A stretch of DNA of 64,000 nt. It comes from an uncultured Acidobacteriota bacterium. Its GTDB lineage: Bacteria; Acidobacteriota; Thermoanaerobaculia; Gp7-AA8. The stretch is taken from NCBI GenBank assembly GCA_963822445.1, contig CAWGHO010000002.1, positions 2,400,001 through 2,464,000 on the forward strand. Reading direction: 5' to 3'. Below the pieces are notes generated by a model. The model searched no databases and was not told the DNA's origin. It was given only the letters and a program-made list of their open reading frames with translations. Shown one piece after another: positions 47,914 through 57,752 of this stretch. The position numbers and the translations under genes are program-made. How positions within the stretch are numbered: position 1 is the first letter of the stretch; each line of letters starts with the position of its first letter.

Positions 47914-49041
47914 TCAGCCGATCAGCGCAACCGCATCGAGCCAGGCCCGCATGTTCGCGGCGGTGTCGCGCAGAAAATCGCCGCCGCCTTCATCCCAGAC
48001 GAAGCCGCGCATCGTCGAGGCCTTCTCTTCGAGCGCATCGGCAAGCGATGCGTACAGCGTCGCGTAGGAGCCCGATTCGAGCTGCAGTTCCTGCAGCCAC
48101 GGCAGGATGTCCTCCAGTAGGACCATGCCGGCCAGCTCGTGGTAGAGGTCTTTGAAGAGGTTGTGCGGCGTGCGCCGGTGATCGGCGATGGGCGTTCCGA
48201 TGCGGATGCCCGCGCCGCGCGTCTTCACCGCCTTCTGCAGCAGATAGCCGCTGAGGATGTCCCCGTAGCGATCGATGCGCAGCCCGCCGAGCGAGAAGCC
48301 CATGCGAACGTAGTAATACGCGGCGATGGCCTCGCGGATGACCGCGGTGTTCTGCGTGTTGATCGGCGTCCAGGTGTTCCTGCCGAGGAGGATGCTGTCG
48401 CCGCGGAAGGCGGAGATGTGTGGGCCGAGGGTGAGACGGGTCATCGCGTCGACGTCGGGATCGCTCAACCAGAGCCCGACGTTGATCGCGACGTCGGCAG
48501 TGGCCTCGGCGCGCGACAGCTCGCGGTTCGTGCGCCGTGCGTAGTAGGGAAAGCCGCGCGGAAAGATGTCCGAGGCGACGTTCGACTCGAGCATGTCGCA
48601 CAGGTTGATCCACCCGTCGCTCGTCGAAACTTCGGGCAACGTGACGCTCGAGCCCGCGGCGAGATGCTCGCTCACGAAGTCGGAGTCATCGAGGACGTAG
48701 TTGTCGTCGTCGATGGTGATCATCACGTCCGCGCCGCGCTCGAGAGCCATCAGGAACCCGATGTTGCGGCGGTTGTCGCTGTCGTACGGAACGCGGCCGG
48801 CGAGCGCGCCGAAGCGGGAGAGAAATTGCTCCTGTTCCTCGAGGGTCGGGCAGATCACCTGGCGGCCGTGCTGCGCGTGATACGAGCAGCGCTCGTACAC
48901 GGACGGCGGCGTCTTGCGGTCGATGATGACGATGATCCCGGTATCGTCGTGGCCATGCGTTTCGAGGTTCTGGACGTATCCATCGAGAAAGCGGGGCTCG
49001 AAGATCGTCGTGACGACGATGTCGACGCGCCGGCGGCTCAT
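47914..49041 (-). CDS. RGP/UAM (GT75)/STELLO-like protein
   Basis: IDRKTP, RRNIGFL, TIDDDN, PRGFPY, GLWLSDPDVDA, NTQNTA, RYGDI. Confidence 0.7.
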   Translation of the reverse strand: MSRRRVDIVVTTIFEPRFLDGYVQNLETHGHDDTGIIVIIDRKTPPSVYERCSYHAQHGRQVICPTLEEQEQFLSRFGALAGRVPYDSDNRRNIGFLMALERGADVMITIDDDNYVLDDSDFVSEHLAAGSSVTLPEVSTSDGWINLCDMLESNVASDIFPRGFPYYARRTNRELSRAEATADVAINVGLWLSDPDVDAMTRLTLGPHISAFRGDSILLGRNTWTPINTQNTAVIREAIAAYYYVRMGFSLGGLRIDRYGDILSGYLLQKAVKTRGAGIRIGTPIADHRRTPHNLFKDLYHELAGMVLLEDILPWLQELQLESGSYATLYASLADALEEKASTMRGFVWDEGGGDFLRDTAANMRAWLDAVALIG

Positions 49042-49070
49042 GTGTGGCTCTCGTTCATACGTTGAGGAAA

Positions 49071-50309
49071 TCAACCTTCCGCGAGGCGGTAGAGCGTCTC
49101 GATTTCGATGGCAGTGAGTGACCGCGTAGCGATGTTGAACAGCTCCGCCGCCGTGGCCCCACGGTCAATGGCCGCGGCGATCTCGGTTGCCATTGCATCC
49201 GGCGTGCGCGGAGCGCTGGTGACTTCTTCGAGCAACTGCCGCAGGCGCGGCGACCAGGCGCTCGCGCTGATCGCGTCGATCTTCGAGGTGAGATCGGGCG
49301 TCTGCTTCAGCGCCAGGAGCTCGTTCAACACGTCGGCATGCGGTCGTGCTGGCACACCCCGTCCGCTGAAATTCGTGGTCTGAAACTGATCGAAGTTTTC
49401 CGCGGTGACGAGGCCGTGGATGTCGCGATAGCCGGTGAGGATGGCCGGTCGACATTCCGCGATCGCTTCGAGAATCACGCGGCCCATGCCCATGACCACG
49501 TCCGACTTGCGGATTTCCGCGCGTGCGTCGGCGGTCCATCCGATGAAGTGAATGCGCGGCATGGTGCGCACGAAGGCGAGGCCCTGTCCGAACGACCAGC
49601 GCGCGCCGAGCTGGCGAAAAGCAGCGCGAATCGATCGCACGGTCGTCCCGGCGTAATTCAGCTCACCGTCGGCGATCACCAGCGTGCAGCCGGCGACCCG
49701 GCGGGCGTACCGCGCGAAAAACAGCGCGGCCTCGCGGATGTGCTCGAGCTTGTCCCGCCGGGTGAGGAGGACGAAGCGGCGTGGCGGGAAGCGCACGGGT
49801 GGCGGAGGCATCGCGCCGAGGGTGATCGTGTTCGGCAGCAGCCGCGCGTCCACGTTTGCGTGCAGGGAACGGATGCCGTCCAGAATCTCCTCGCTCACTC
49901 CGGTAACGATGCCGCCGCGGTGGATCGCCAGAGTCATCCCCAGGGCCTGCATCAGATCGTTCGAACGATTCGCGCCGATCAGCGGTCCGTGAAAGGACGT
50001 CAGCAGCGGAATGCCGTGAATCCGCGACAGCAGCCACGCCGGGAGAACCTCGTAGTGGTGGGCCCAGATCAGCGACGGCGTCGTGCGGCGAATGAGCTCG
50101 CCGCCGCGCTCGAGCCAGGACGCCCAGCGCTTTCCGTAGCCTTCCGTGCCGCATTCGACGATCTCTTCGAAGCGGTTCAACCAGGGCACGTGTTTGTCGG
50201 TGACCGATGCCAGCAGCGCGGCCGGCTCGCCGAGTTGCGCGAGCCATGTGTCGATGTAGGTCTCGCGGCCGCCGAGCCAGAAGTTGTTCGTGGCGACGAC
50301 GATCTTCAT
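49071..50309 (-). CDS. Divergent GT-B glycosyltransferase
   Basis: GGRETYI, LTSFHG, SDVVMGMGRVILEAIA, NFSGRG. Confidence 0.7.
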   Translation of the reverse strand: MKIVVATNNFWLGGRETYIDTWLAQLGEPAALLASVTDKHVPWLNRFEEIVECGTEGYGKRWASWLERGGELIRRTTPSLIWAHHYEVLPAWLLSRIHGIPLLTSFHGPLIGANRSNDLMQALGMTLAIHRGGIVTGVSEEILDGIRSLHANVDARLLPNTITLGAMPPPPVRFPPRRFVLLTRRDKLEHIREAALFFARYARRVAGCTLVIADGELNYAGTTVRSIRAAFRQLGARWSFGQGLAFVRTMPRIHFIGWTADARAEIRKSDVVMGMGRVILEAIAECRPAILTGYRDIHGLVTAENFDQFQTTNFSGRGVPARPHADVLNELLALKQTPDLTSKIDAISASAWSPRLRQLLEEVTSAPRTPDAMATEIAAAIDRGATAAELFNIATRSLTAIEIETLYRLAEG

Positions 50310-51544
50310 CCCGCCACCGGCTGCTTCACCCATTCGAGGAGCGGAGCGATCTTGCCCTGGCGCTCGCCGTGGCCGAGGAGGCTGTTCTGCTCGCTGACGG
50401 CGAAGGAGACCACGTTCGCGCGCAGGCGGTCGTGCGTGATGACCGGCTCGAGAATCGACAGGAAGTAACGCCCCGGCGCGAGGAGGTTGCCGGGGATCCG
50501 GCAGCGGAACGTCTGCCGGCCGATCTGCCATTCGTGATTGGCCTGACGCATGCCGTCGGCACTGGACGAAGTCAGCAGCACTTCGCCGAGGTCGTTCATC
50601 ACCCGCACTTCGAGATGGCCGGGCGGGAGCCACTCATGAATGGTGAAGTCGAACACCACGTCGATGGGTGTGTCGGCCGCGATTGCTTCGTTGGCCTCAC
50701 CTCTTTTTTCCGCCGTGTTCTCGGCGACGACCGACACCGAGTGAATTTCCAGCGGCGTCGTTCGTGGCTCGCGCGGAATCCAGATCAGATCGTTCTGAAT
50801 CCCTTCGGAGAGGTAGCGGCCGAGAATCTGATTCGTCGGTCCGTGCGCGGCGAGCTGGCCGTCCTTCAGCCAGATCACGGTCTGGCAGAGACTGGCGATG
50901 GTGGACATGTTGTGGCTGACCACGATCACCGTTTTTCCGGCGTCGTGAATGCCGCGCATCTTGTTCAGGCACTTCTGCTGGAAGGCGGTGTCGCCGACGC
51001 CGAGGACTTCATCGACGATGAGGATGTCCGGATCGAGATGCGCCGCGACGGCGAAGGCGAGACGCACGTACATGCCGGACGAGTAACGCTTCACCGGCGT
51101 CTCGAGGAACTTCTCGATCTCCGCGAATTGCACGATCTCGTCGAACTTGCGGCGCGTTTCGGCGCGGCTCATGCCGAGGATCGCGCCGTTGAGGTGGATG
51201 TTCTCGCGGCCGGTCAGCTCGGGATGAAAGCCGACGCCCACTTCGAGGAGACTGGCCACGCGGCCGCGCAGGTGGGCTTCGCCTTCGGTCGGCTCGGTGA
51301 TGTGGCTGAGGAGCTTGAGGAAGGTCGACTTGCCCGCGCCGTTGCGCCCGATCAGGCCGACCACGTCCCCTTCGCCGATGCGCACGGAGATGTTGCGCAG
51401 CGCCCAGAAGTCGGTCGAGTTGTCGCCGGTCCTGGTGAAGATGTTGCGCAGGGCCATGGCCAGGCGCTCGCGCAGGACGTTGGCGCGATAGCCGCCGATG
51501 CGGTAGCGCTTGCCGAGGTCGAACGTCTCGATCATCGCCGTCAT
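50306..51544 (-). CDS. wzt: Glycan ABC exporter ATPase with C-terminal Wzt_C domain
   Basis: FWALRNIS, GRNGAGKST, GFHPELTGREN, YSSGM, VDEVL, VSH. Confidence 0.93.
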   Translation of the reverse strand: MTAMIETFDLGKRYRIGGYRANVLRERLAMALRNIFTRTGDNSTDFWALRNISVRIGEGDVVGLIGRNGAGKSTFLKLLSHITEPTEGEAHLRGRVASLLEVGVGFHPELTGRENIHLNGAILGMSRAETRRKFDEIVQFAEIEKFLETPVKRYSSGMYVRLAFAVAAHLDPDILIVDEVLGVGDTAFQQKCLNKMRGIHDAGKTVIVVSHNMSTIASLCQTVIWLKDGQLAAHGPTNQILGRYLSEGIQNDLIWIPREPRTTPLEIHSVSVVAENTAEKRGEANEAIAADTPIDVVFDFTIHEWLPPGHLEVRVMNDLGEVLLTSSSADGMRQANHEWQIGRQTFRCRIPGNLLAPGRYFLSILEPVITHDRLRANVVSFAVSEQNSLLGHGERQGKIAPLLEWVKQPVAG

Positions 51545-52356
51545 ATCAGGTCGGCGAACTCCCGCTCCATGTTCTTGAAGTAGTAGATGCCGCCGACCAG
51601 AAGGATCACCGCCAGCGCGCAACTCACGAACACGCCGGGCAGGTTGAGCGAGGCCGTGCCGAGGAGGGACCAGCGGAAGCCGTCGATCACCGAAACCATC
51701 GGATTCATCGAGTAGAGCAGGCGGTAGCGCTCCGGAATGTTGGTGCTGCTGAAGGCGACCGGCGAGGCGTACAGACCGAGCTGCAGGATGAAGGGGATGA
51801 AATGGCGGACGTCGCGGTACTTCACGTACAGCGCGGCGAACCAGATTCCCGATCCAAGGGTGAAGACGAAGCAGAGGAGGACGAAGAACGGCAGCGCGGC
51901 GATGCGCGCGCTCGGCATCACGCCGTAGACCAGCATGAGGATCAGCAGGAACACGAAGGAGACGAGGAAGTCGATCGTGGCCACGGCCACCGCGGCAAGG
52001 GGCAGGATCAGTCGAGGGAAGTAGACCTTGTTGATCACGTGACCGTTGCCGAGCACGGAATTGCTGCATTCGCCGAAGCCGGTAGCGAAGAACTGCCAGG
52101 GCACGAGCGCGCTGAAGGTCAGCACGGCGTACGGAATCCCCTCGGACGGCAGCTTGGCGATGTATCCGAAGACCACCGTGAGCACGATCATGGTGATGAA
52201 CGGCCGCACGAAAGCCCAGCCGATGCCGACCACGGTCTGCTTGTAGCGGACGGCGATGTCCCGCCAGGCCAGGAAGCCGAGCAGCTCGCGGTACTCCCAG
52301 ACCTCTTTCAGGTCGAGTTGCGCGAAACCGGTCCGGCGCTTGATGACCTTGTGCAT
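51541..52356 (-). CDS. wzm: Glycan ABC exporter permease
   Basis: RDIAVRYKQT..G..W, KVYFPR, YRDV, EREFADLI. Confidence 0.93.
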   Translation of the reverse strand: MHKVIKRRTGFAQLDLKEVWEYRELLGFLAWRDIAVRYKQTVVGIGWAFVRPFITMIVLTVVFGYIAKLPSEGIPYAVLTFSALVPWQFFATGFGECSNSVLGNGHVINKVYFPRLILPLAAVAVATIDFLVSFVFLLILMLVYGVMPSARIAALPFFVLLCFVFTLGSGIWFAALYVKYRDVRHFIPFILQLGLYASPVAFSSTNIPERYRLLYSMNPMVSVIDGFRWSLLGTASLNLPGVFVSCALAVILLVGGIYYFKNMEREFADLI

Positions 52357-52378
52357 CGCGGGCAGAGTACCAAACGTC

Positions 52379-53836
52379 TCAGTGCATGCAGACGGCGGTG
52401 AGTCCGGGCGTTTGCGAATGCACGATGCGTGGCCAGATCGCCTGACCATCGCTCCTCGGCCGGCTGCATGCGGACCGCGCGGCGGTGCAGATTGGATTGC
52501 GCCGCTCGCCGCAGCCCATGAATCCGAGCCCGTGGTACGTCGCGATGTAGTGCTGCGCGAACCAGCCGTTGTTGAAGGGGGACCAGACCGCCGGTGTGAA
52601 TCGACGATAGCCCCAGGTCAGGTCATGGGACTCGATCAGGCGGTGCTCTTCGATGTTGCCGTACTTTGGACCGACGTAGGCGACAGTGATCGGCCTGTTC
52701 TGCCAATGTGTCGTGATCGCGCGGATGGTGGCCTCGTCGCGGGTCCAGCTCTTCACGCGTTCCCGTGTTTCGAAAAATGTGGGCGGCAGCATGACCATCG
52801 TCGCGAGAATTGCGATGACCGGTCCGAATCGGGGCAATTGCAACAGCAGCGGTAAGACGCTCAAGGCCAGAGCAAACGCTGTCGGCGTCGCGACTCGCCA
52901 CGCTTCCGGACTCTGACTCATGATCAACGTCGGCAACGCCGGCACGAAGAACATCAACAGAGGGAAGATCAACGCCATCGCGATGTCGAATGCAGTTCGC
53001 CGGCGGATGAGGAACGCGGCCGCGGTGACGAGGCCGATGCTCAGCGGCACGAACTTCCAGAGCGACATGGCCTGCAACGCGCTCGTGTAGTACGCGATCG
53101 AAGGCATGACGCCGTTGACGGCGAGATTGAAGATGCCGTGGTACTTCTCGGCGAGGAATGTCGAGCTGAAGGTCACCAGTCCGCGTTCATCGGCGCCGGT
53201 GATCCACGGCCGTATCAGCTGCATCACCGCGATCTGCATCGCGCCGGCGACGGCAGTCAGCGCGAGCTTCAGCAAGGAATCGCGCAGCTTCCAGGGCGTG
53301 TCCGCGAGACGTTTCACGAACGGCTCGGCCACGAGATATACAAGAACGAGTGCGACGAAGGCCTGGTAGCCGTTCAGGCCGATGAAGATCAGCACCGTTC
53401 CGGCGGTGAATCGGCGCTCTTCCCAGAGGAGGACGCCCGCGGTGAGAAAGGCCATGGCCAGCGGCAGGGCGTGGAGCGAGTTCCACAGACCGGCGTCGTT
53501 CAGAACGGGATTGGCCAGCACGACCAGCGGAAGTGTGTATGCCAGCGACGGCTTCACGTTCCAGCGCCGGAGCAGCATCGCCAGCAGCATCGCCGACACG
53601 CCGAAATACACCGCCGCGGATAGCTTGGGCAGCACGGTCCAGAAGTGATTGGGAACGATCGCTTCGAAGATCCGATACTCGAGCCAGACCAGCGGGCGAT
53701 ACGAGCCGAGGTAGAAGAGGCCGGGGCGCAACGGGACGGCGAAGTCGTCGAAGAACAGCGGATTCGCGGCGATGGCGGGTGCGCGCGTGGCCAGCCAGAA
53801 CGCCGTGTACGCGAGCGCCGCCGCAATCGCCCGCAC
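52379..53836 (-). CDS. GT-C-like membrane protein (GtrII-like glycan-decorating transferase)
   Basis: FFDDF after first TM, YRPL, YQA, multiple TM segments, C-terminal periplasmic domain. Confidence 0.55.
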   Translation of the reverse strand: MRAIAAALAYTAFWLATRAPAIAANPLFFDDFAVPLRPGLFYLGSYRPLVWLEYRIFEAIVPNHFWTVLPKLSAAVYFGVSAMLLAMLLRRWNVKPSLAYTLPLVVLANPVLNDAGLWNSLHALPLAMAFLTAGVLLWEERRFTAGTVLIFIGLNGYQAFVALVLVYLVAEPFVKRLADTPWKLRDSLLKLALTAVAGAMQIAVMQLIRPWITGADERGLVTFSSTFLAEKYHGIFNLAVNGVMPSIAYYTSALQAMSLWKFVPLSIGLVTAAAFLIRRRTAFDIAMALIFPLLMFFVPALPTLIMSQSPEAWRVATPTAFALALSVLPLLLQLPRFGPVIAILATMVMLPPTFFETRERVKSWTRDEATIRAITTHWQNRPITVAYVGPKYGNIEEHRLIESHDLTWGYRRFTPAVWSPFNNGWFAQHYIATYHGLGFMGCGERRNPICTAARSACSRPRSDGQAIWPRIVHSQTPGLTAVCMH

Positions 53837-54807
53837 TAGCCCCCTCGCTCGGCCTCGACCAGGATTTTCACCAGCTCAGGAAAACGCGTCGTGGCCTTCC
53901 AGCCGAGGTCGCGCGTGGCTTTCTTCGCGTTTCCGCGGCTGTAGCGGATGTCGCTCGGCCGGAAGAGCGAAGGATCGACATCGACGTGATCCCGCCAGGC
54001 CAGACCGACCTCCGCGAAAACAGCCTCGACGAAATCCTCGACGGTGTGGCTCTCGCCGGTGGCGATGACGTAATCGGCGGGATCGTTCTGCTGCAGCATC
54101 CGCCACATCGCGTCGACGTATTCCGGCGCGTAGCCCCAGTCACGCGCGACGGTGAGATCGCCGAGCCGCAGACGCATGGCCGAGCCGTTCGCAATCGCCA
54201 CCGCGCCCGAAACGATTTTCTTCGTGACGAAGCGCTCGCTGCGCAGGGGGGATTCGTGATTGAAGAGGATGCCCGACGCAACGTGGATGCCGTAGGCCTC
54301 GCGGTAGTTCGTCGCCGTCCAGTGCGCGGTGGCCTTGGCCGTGGCGTACGGGCTGCGGGGCATGAACGGCGTCTGTTCGTCGCAGGCCTCGCCCGGGGAA
54401 ACGTTGCCGAAGGACTCGCTCGAGGAGGAGTTGTAGATGCGGACGGGCGTTTTCAGAAAACGCACGACCTCGAGCACGATCAGCGCGGCTTGGGCGATGC
54501 TCTCGATGGCCTCGATCGGTTGGGAGAAGGACAGGCCGACCGAGGTCTGGCCGGCGAGGTTGTAGATCTCGTCGGGTTGCACGGTTGAGACGAGCTGCAG
54601 CATCTCCCGGAAATCGCGGAGTGAAGTCGAATGGGTCGTGACGCGCTCGCGGATTCCGAGTTGGGCGAGACGGGTGAAGGGCTGCAGCTCGGCGTCGCGA
54701 GAGGTGCCGTGCACTTCGTAGCCTTTGTCGAGGAGGAGGCGGGAGAGGTAGGCGCCGTCCTGTCCCGACACGCCGAGGATGAGGGCGCGCTTCATCGCGG
54801 GAATCAT
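53836..54807 (-). CDS. gmd: GDP-mannose 4,6-dehydratase
   Basis: GVSGQDGAYL, PDEIYNLAGQ, SSESFG, PRSPYATAK, LFNHESP, RDWGYA. Confidence 0.9.
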   Translation of the reverse strand: MIPAMKRALILGVSGQDGAYLSRLLLDKGYEVHGTSRDAELQPFTRLAQLGIRERVTTHSTSLRDFREMLQLVSTVQPDEIYNLAGQTSVGLSFSQPIEAIESIAQAALIVLEVVRFLKTPVRIYNSSSSESFGNVSPGEACDEQTPFMPRSPYATAKATAHWTATNYREAYGIHVASGILFNHESPLRSERFVTKKIVSGAVAIANGSAMRLRLGDLTVARDWGYAPEYVDAMWRMLQQNDPADYVIATGESHTVEDFVEAVFAEVGLAWRDHVDVDPSLFRPSDIRYSRGNAKKATRDLGWKATTRFPELVKILVEAERGG

Positions 54808-55853
54808 CGCATGACGCCGTCGAGGATCTCGCTCGCTCTACTCGCGAAGTTGGCAAACGAGAAGTGCTCGAGCAGCGTCGGAATCTCACGACTGGGCCGC
54901 TCCAGCAGCTCTTTGATCGCCGATTCGATCTCCGCGGGATTCGACGGATCGACGAGCAGGCCGAGCTGCCCATCGAGCAGCGCTTCCCGTCCGCCGTCGT
55001 GTTTGCTGCCGATCACCGGCACGCCCGAAGCGAGCGCTTCGAGGTAGACGAAGCCGAAGCCTTCGCCGCGGCTGGGCATGGCGTAGATGTCCGCGAGTGC
55101 GTACAGATCGGCTTTGTCGGTTTCGGAAAAGAGGCCGGTGAAGATGACGCGATCGGCGACGCCGAGGTCGAGCGCGCGTTGCTGGAGGCGAATGAAGTCA
55201 TTGCCGCCGCCGGCGATGAGATAGACGACGTCCGGCGGCAGGTTCGGCAGCACTTCCATCACTTCATCGAAGCCTTTGTAGCGCTCCGCCGATTCGAGTC
55301 TGCCCACGGTGAGGATCACCCGCTTACCCGCGAGCTTGTAGCGCTCGATGAGATCGGCGCGTTTCGCGCGGATGCCGTACTGCTCGAGATGGATGGCGTT
55401 CGGCAGGAGGTAGGTCGGGCCGCGATATCCGGACCAGTCCAACAGCCGGTCGCGGGTGATGGCGCTGATGGAGATGATTGCCCGGCAGTTCCGCAGCAAC
55501 CGTCGTGACAGCGGATTCTTCAGCGGCTTCCAGGCTTCGATTCCATACACGAGCAACACCGGCCGCGAGAACGCGACGGGGAGCAGGTTCACGTGGCCGC
55601 AGATGACGAGATCGAACTTCGCGCGGCGTTCGCGTGCGATCGCGCGCAGGTAGGCGACGTTGCCGCGAGCTGCGTCGGCGAGAAACCGGATCTTCGGCGG
55701 AATCACGCCGGGCTCACCGCGGATCAGGCGGGGCAGCACGGTCACTTCTTCGACGTCGTTCCGCGCCGCCAGCGCTTCGGCGAAATCGCGGTTGTAAAGG
55801 GCGATGCCGCCGTGACCGCCGTACGAATCGGTGCAGAGGAAGAGGATGCGCAT
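54804..55853 (-). CDS. GT4 glycosyltransferase
   Basis: GGIALYN, TVGRL...YKGFD, MPSRGEGFGFVYLEA. Confidence 0.9.
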   Translation of the reverse strand: MRILFLCTDSYGGHGGIALYNRDFAEALAARNDVEEVTVLPRLIRGEPGVIPPKIRFLADAARGNVAYLRAIARERRAKFDLVICGHVNLLPVAFSRPVLLVYGIEAWKPLKNPLSRRLLRNCRAIISISAITRDRLLDWSGYRGPTYLLPNAIHLEQYGIRAKRADLIERYKLAGKRVILTVGRLESAERYKGFDEVMEVLPNLPPDVVYLIAGGGNDFIRLQQRALDLGVADRVIFTGLFSETDKADLYALADIYAMPSRGEGFGFVYLEALASGVPVIGSKHDGGREALLDGQLGLLVDPSNPAEIESAIKELLERPSREIPTLLEHFSFANFASRASEILDGVMR

Positions 55854-57620
55854 TTACTGCGCCGCCTTCCATGCTTCGAACATCAGCATCGTCCAGAGCC
55901 TGCCCTCATGGTTCTCGCCGGCGAGATGCTTTTTCCAAGTCCCGTTCTCGCGCGGGATCAGCGACTCCGCCCAATCGCGCAAGGGACCGCGCAGCCATTC
56001 CGCGACGGGCAGACCGAAGCCCTGTTTCTCGCGATCGACGAGCGCGTCCGGGAGACAACGCCGAAGCACTTTCTTGAGGATCCACTTGCCGCTGTCGTTG
56101 CGGATCTTCATCGAGACCGGCAGCGTCCAGGCCAGCTCGGCCAGGCGATGGTCGAGCAATGGCTCGCGCGCTTCGAGGCTGACGGCCATGCTGGCGCGAT
56201 CGACTTTCACCAGGATGTCGTCCCGCATATACGTCGTGAAGTCCACCAGCATGATCTCCTCGGAAGCATCAGCGAGATTCATGCGCTCGCGAAGCGGCGT
56301 CCTGCCGTTCCAGTAACGCGCGATGGGATCGGCATCGAGCAGCGCGCTGCCGAATCGGCGGATGCGTTCGGAGCGGCCGAGGGCTCGCATCGCGCGACCC
56401 AGCGGACGGCGGAGCAGACGCGGGACGGCGGAGACACGGCGTTGCAGGCGGCGGCCGAGGAAGTGGTGGTGATACCCGCCGAAAAGCTCGTCCCCGCCGT
56501 CACCCGAGAGCGCAACGGTGACGTTTTTGCGAGCCATGCGCGAGACGAGGTAGGTCGGAATCGCCGAAGTGTCGGCAAACGGCTCGTCGTAGATGCGCGG
56601 CATTTCCGTGGCGACGCGCAGAGCGTCATCGACGGTGACGTACAGCTCCTGGTGATGCGAGCCGATGTGCTTCGCGACCGCGCGGCCGAACGGCGCCTCG
56701 TCGAAGCGCGGATCGTCGAAGCCCATGGTGAAGGTGTGGATCGGCGCGGATTGCTGCCGCTGCATGATCGCGGCGACGAGGCTCGAGTCGATGCCGCCGG
56801 AGAGAAAGACGCCGAGGGGGACGTCGGCGATCACGCGCAGCGAGATCGAGTCGATCAGGAGTTGCTCGACCGCGTCGACTGCGTCTTCCTCCGACCCCGT
56901 GAAGGTCGTCGCGCGCTCGGCGGTCTCGATGGCGTCCCAGTAGGTCGTGACGCGCGCGCCGCTCTTCGAGATGGTGAGGATCCTTCCGGGCTCGAGCTTC
57001 TTCGCGGCGCGATAGATCGACCAGGGGCCGGGCACGTACTGGAATTGTTCGTAGAGCGCGGCGGCCTCGTTGTCGATGGCGCGATCGAAGCGGGGATGCG
57101 CGGCCAGGGCTTTGAGCTCGGACGCGAAGAGGACCGATTTCGCGTCGAGCGAGTAGTAGAGCGGTTTCACGCCGGCGCGGTCGCGCACGAGGGAGAGAGT
57201 CTGCTCGCGCGCATCCCAGAGCGCGAACGCGAACATGCCGATCGACTCGCGCAGCGCGTTCTCGACGCCCCACGCTTCGATGCAGGCCAGGAGGATCTCC
57301 ACGTCGCAGTGGCCGCGCCAGTTTGGGGCGTTTCCTTCGCGCTCGAGCCGTTCGCGGAGCCGGAGGAAGTTGTAGATCTCGCCGTTGAAGACGATGGTGT
57401 GGCGGCCGCTCGCGGAGGTCATCGGCTGCGCGCCGGCGGGGGAGAGGTCGATGATGGCCAGCCGCCGGAAACCGAAGGCGACGCCGCGCTCGGCGTCAAT
57501 CCACGTGCCCTCGCCGTCAGGGCCGCGATGGATGAGCGTGGCGGCCATCCGCGTCGCCAGCTCGCGCATCGACTCGGCGTTGCCGCCGTCGAAGTCGAAG
57601 AAGCCGGCGATGCCGCACAC
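55854..57620 (-). CDS. asnB: AsnB-type glutamine amidotransferase
   Basis: GTG-CGIAG N-terminal Cys, HRGPD, RRLAIID, FNGEIYN, LSGGIDSS, SGDGGDE, KVDRASM. Confidence 0.9.
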   Translation of the reverse strand: MCGIAGFFDFDGGNAESMRELATRMAATLIHRGPDGEGTWIDAERGVAFGFRRLAIIDLSPAGAQPMTSASGRHTIVFNGEIYNFLRLRERLEREGNAPNWRGHCDVEILLACIEAWGVENALRESIGMFAFALWDAREQTLSLVRDRAGVKPLYYSLDAKSVLFASELKALAAHPRFDRAIDNEAAALYEQFQYVPGPWSIYRAAKKLEPGRILTISKSGARVTTYWDAIETAERATTFTGSEEDAVDAVEQLLIDSISLRVIADVPLGVFLSGGIDSSLVAAIMQRQQSAPIHTFTMGFDDPRFDEAPFGRAVAKHIGSHHQELYVTVDDALRVATEMPRIYDEPFADTSAIPTYLVSRMARKNVTVALSGDGGDELFGGYHHHFLGRRLQRRVSAVPRLLRRPLGRAMRALGRSERIRRFGSALLDADPIARYWNGRTPLRERMNLADASEEIMLVDFTTYMRDDILVKVDRASMAVSLEAREPLLDHRLAELAWTLPVSMKIRNDSGKWILKKVLRRCLPDALVDREKQGFGLPVAEWLRGPLRDWAESLIPRENGTWKKHLAGENHEGRLWTMLMFEAWKAAQ

Positions 57621-57637
57621 GCGGCACATTATCGGGC

Positions 57638-57752
57638 AGTCGTTAGTGATTGGTGATTAGTCGTTAGTGGTTAGTCGTTAGTCGTTAGTAGTGCCGAGGT
57701 TCGATTCCGGTTTCCCGTTCTACTAACGACTAACCACTAACGACTAACGACT
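57638..57752. repeat. Inverted heptamer tandem arrays (AGTCGTT x7 / AACGACT x4)
   Basis: Units at 57638-57686 and 57725-57752; the right arm encodes the last codons and TAG of the second asnB. Confidence 0.9.
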
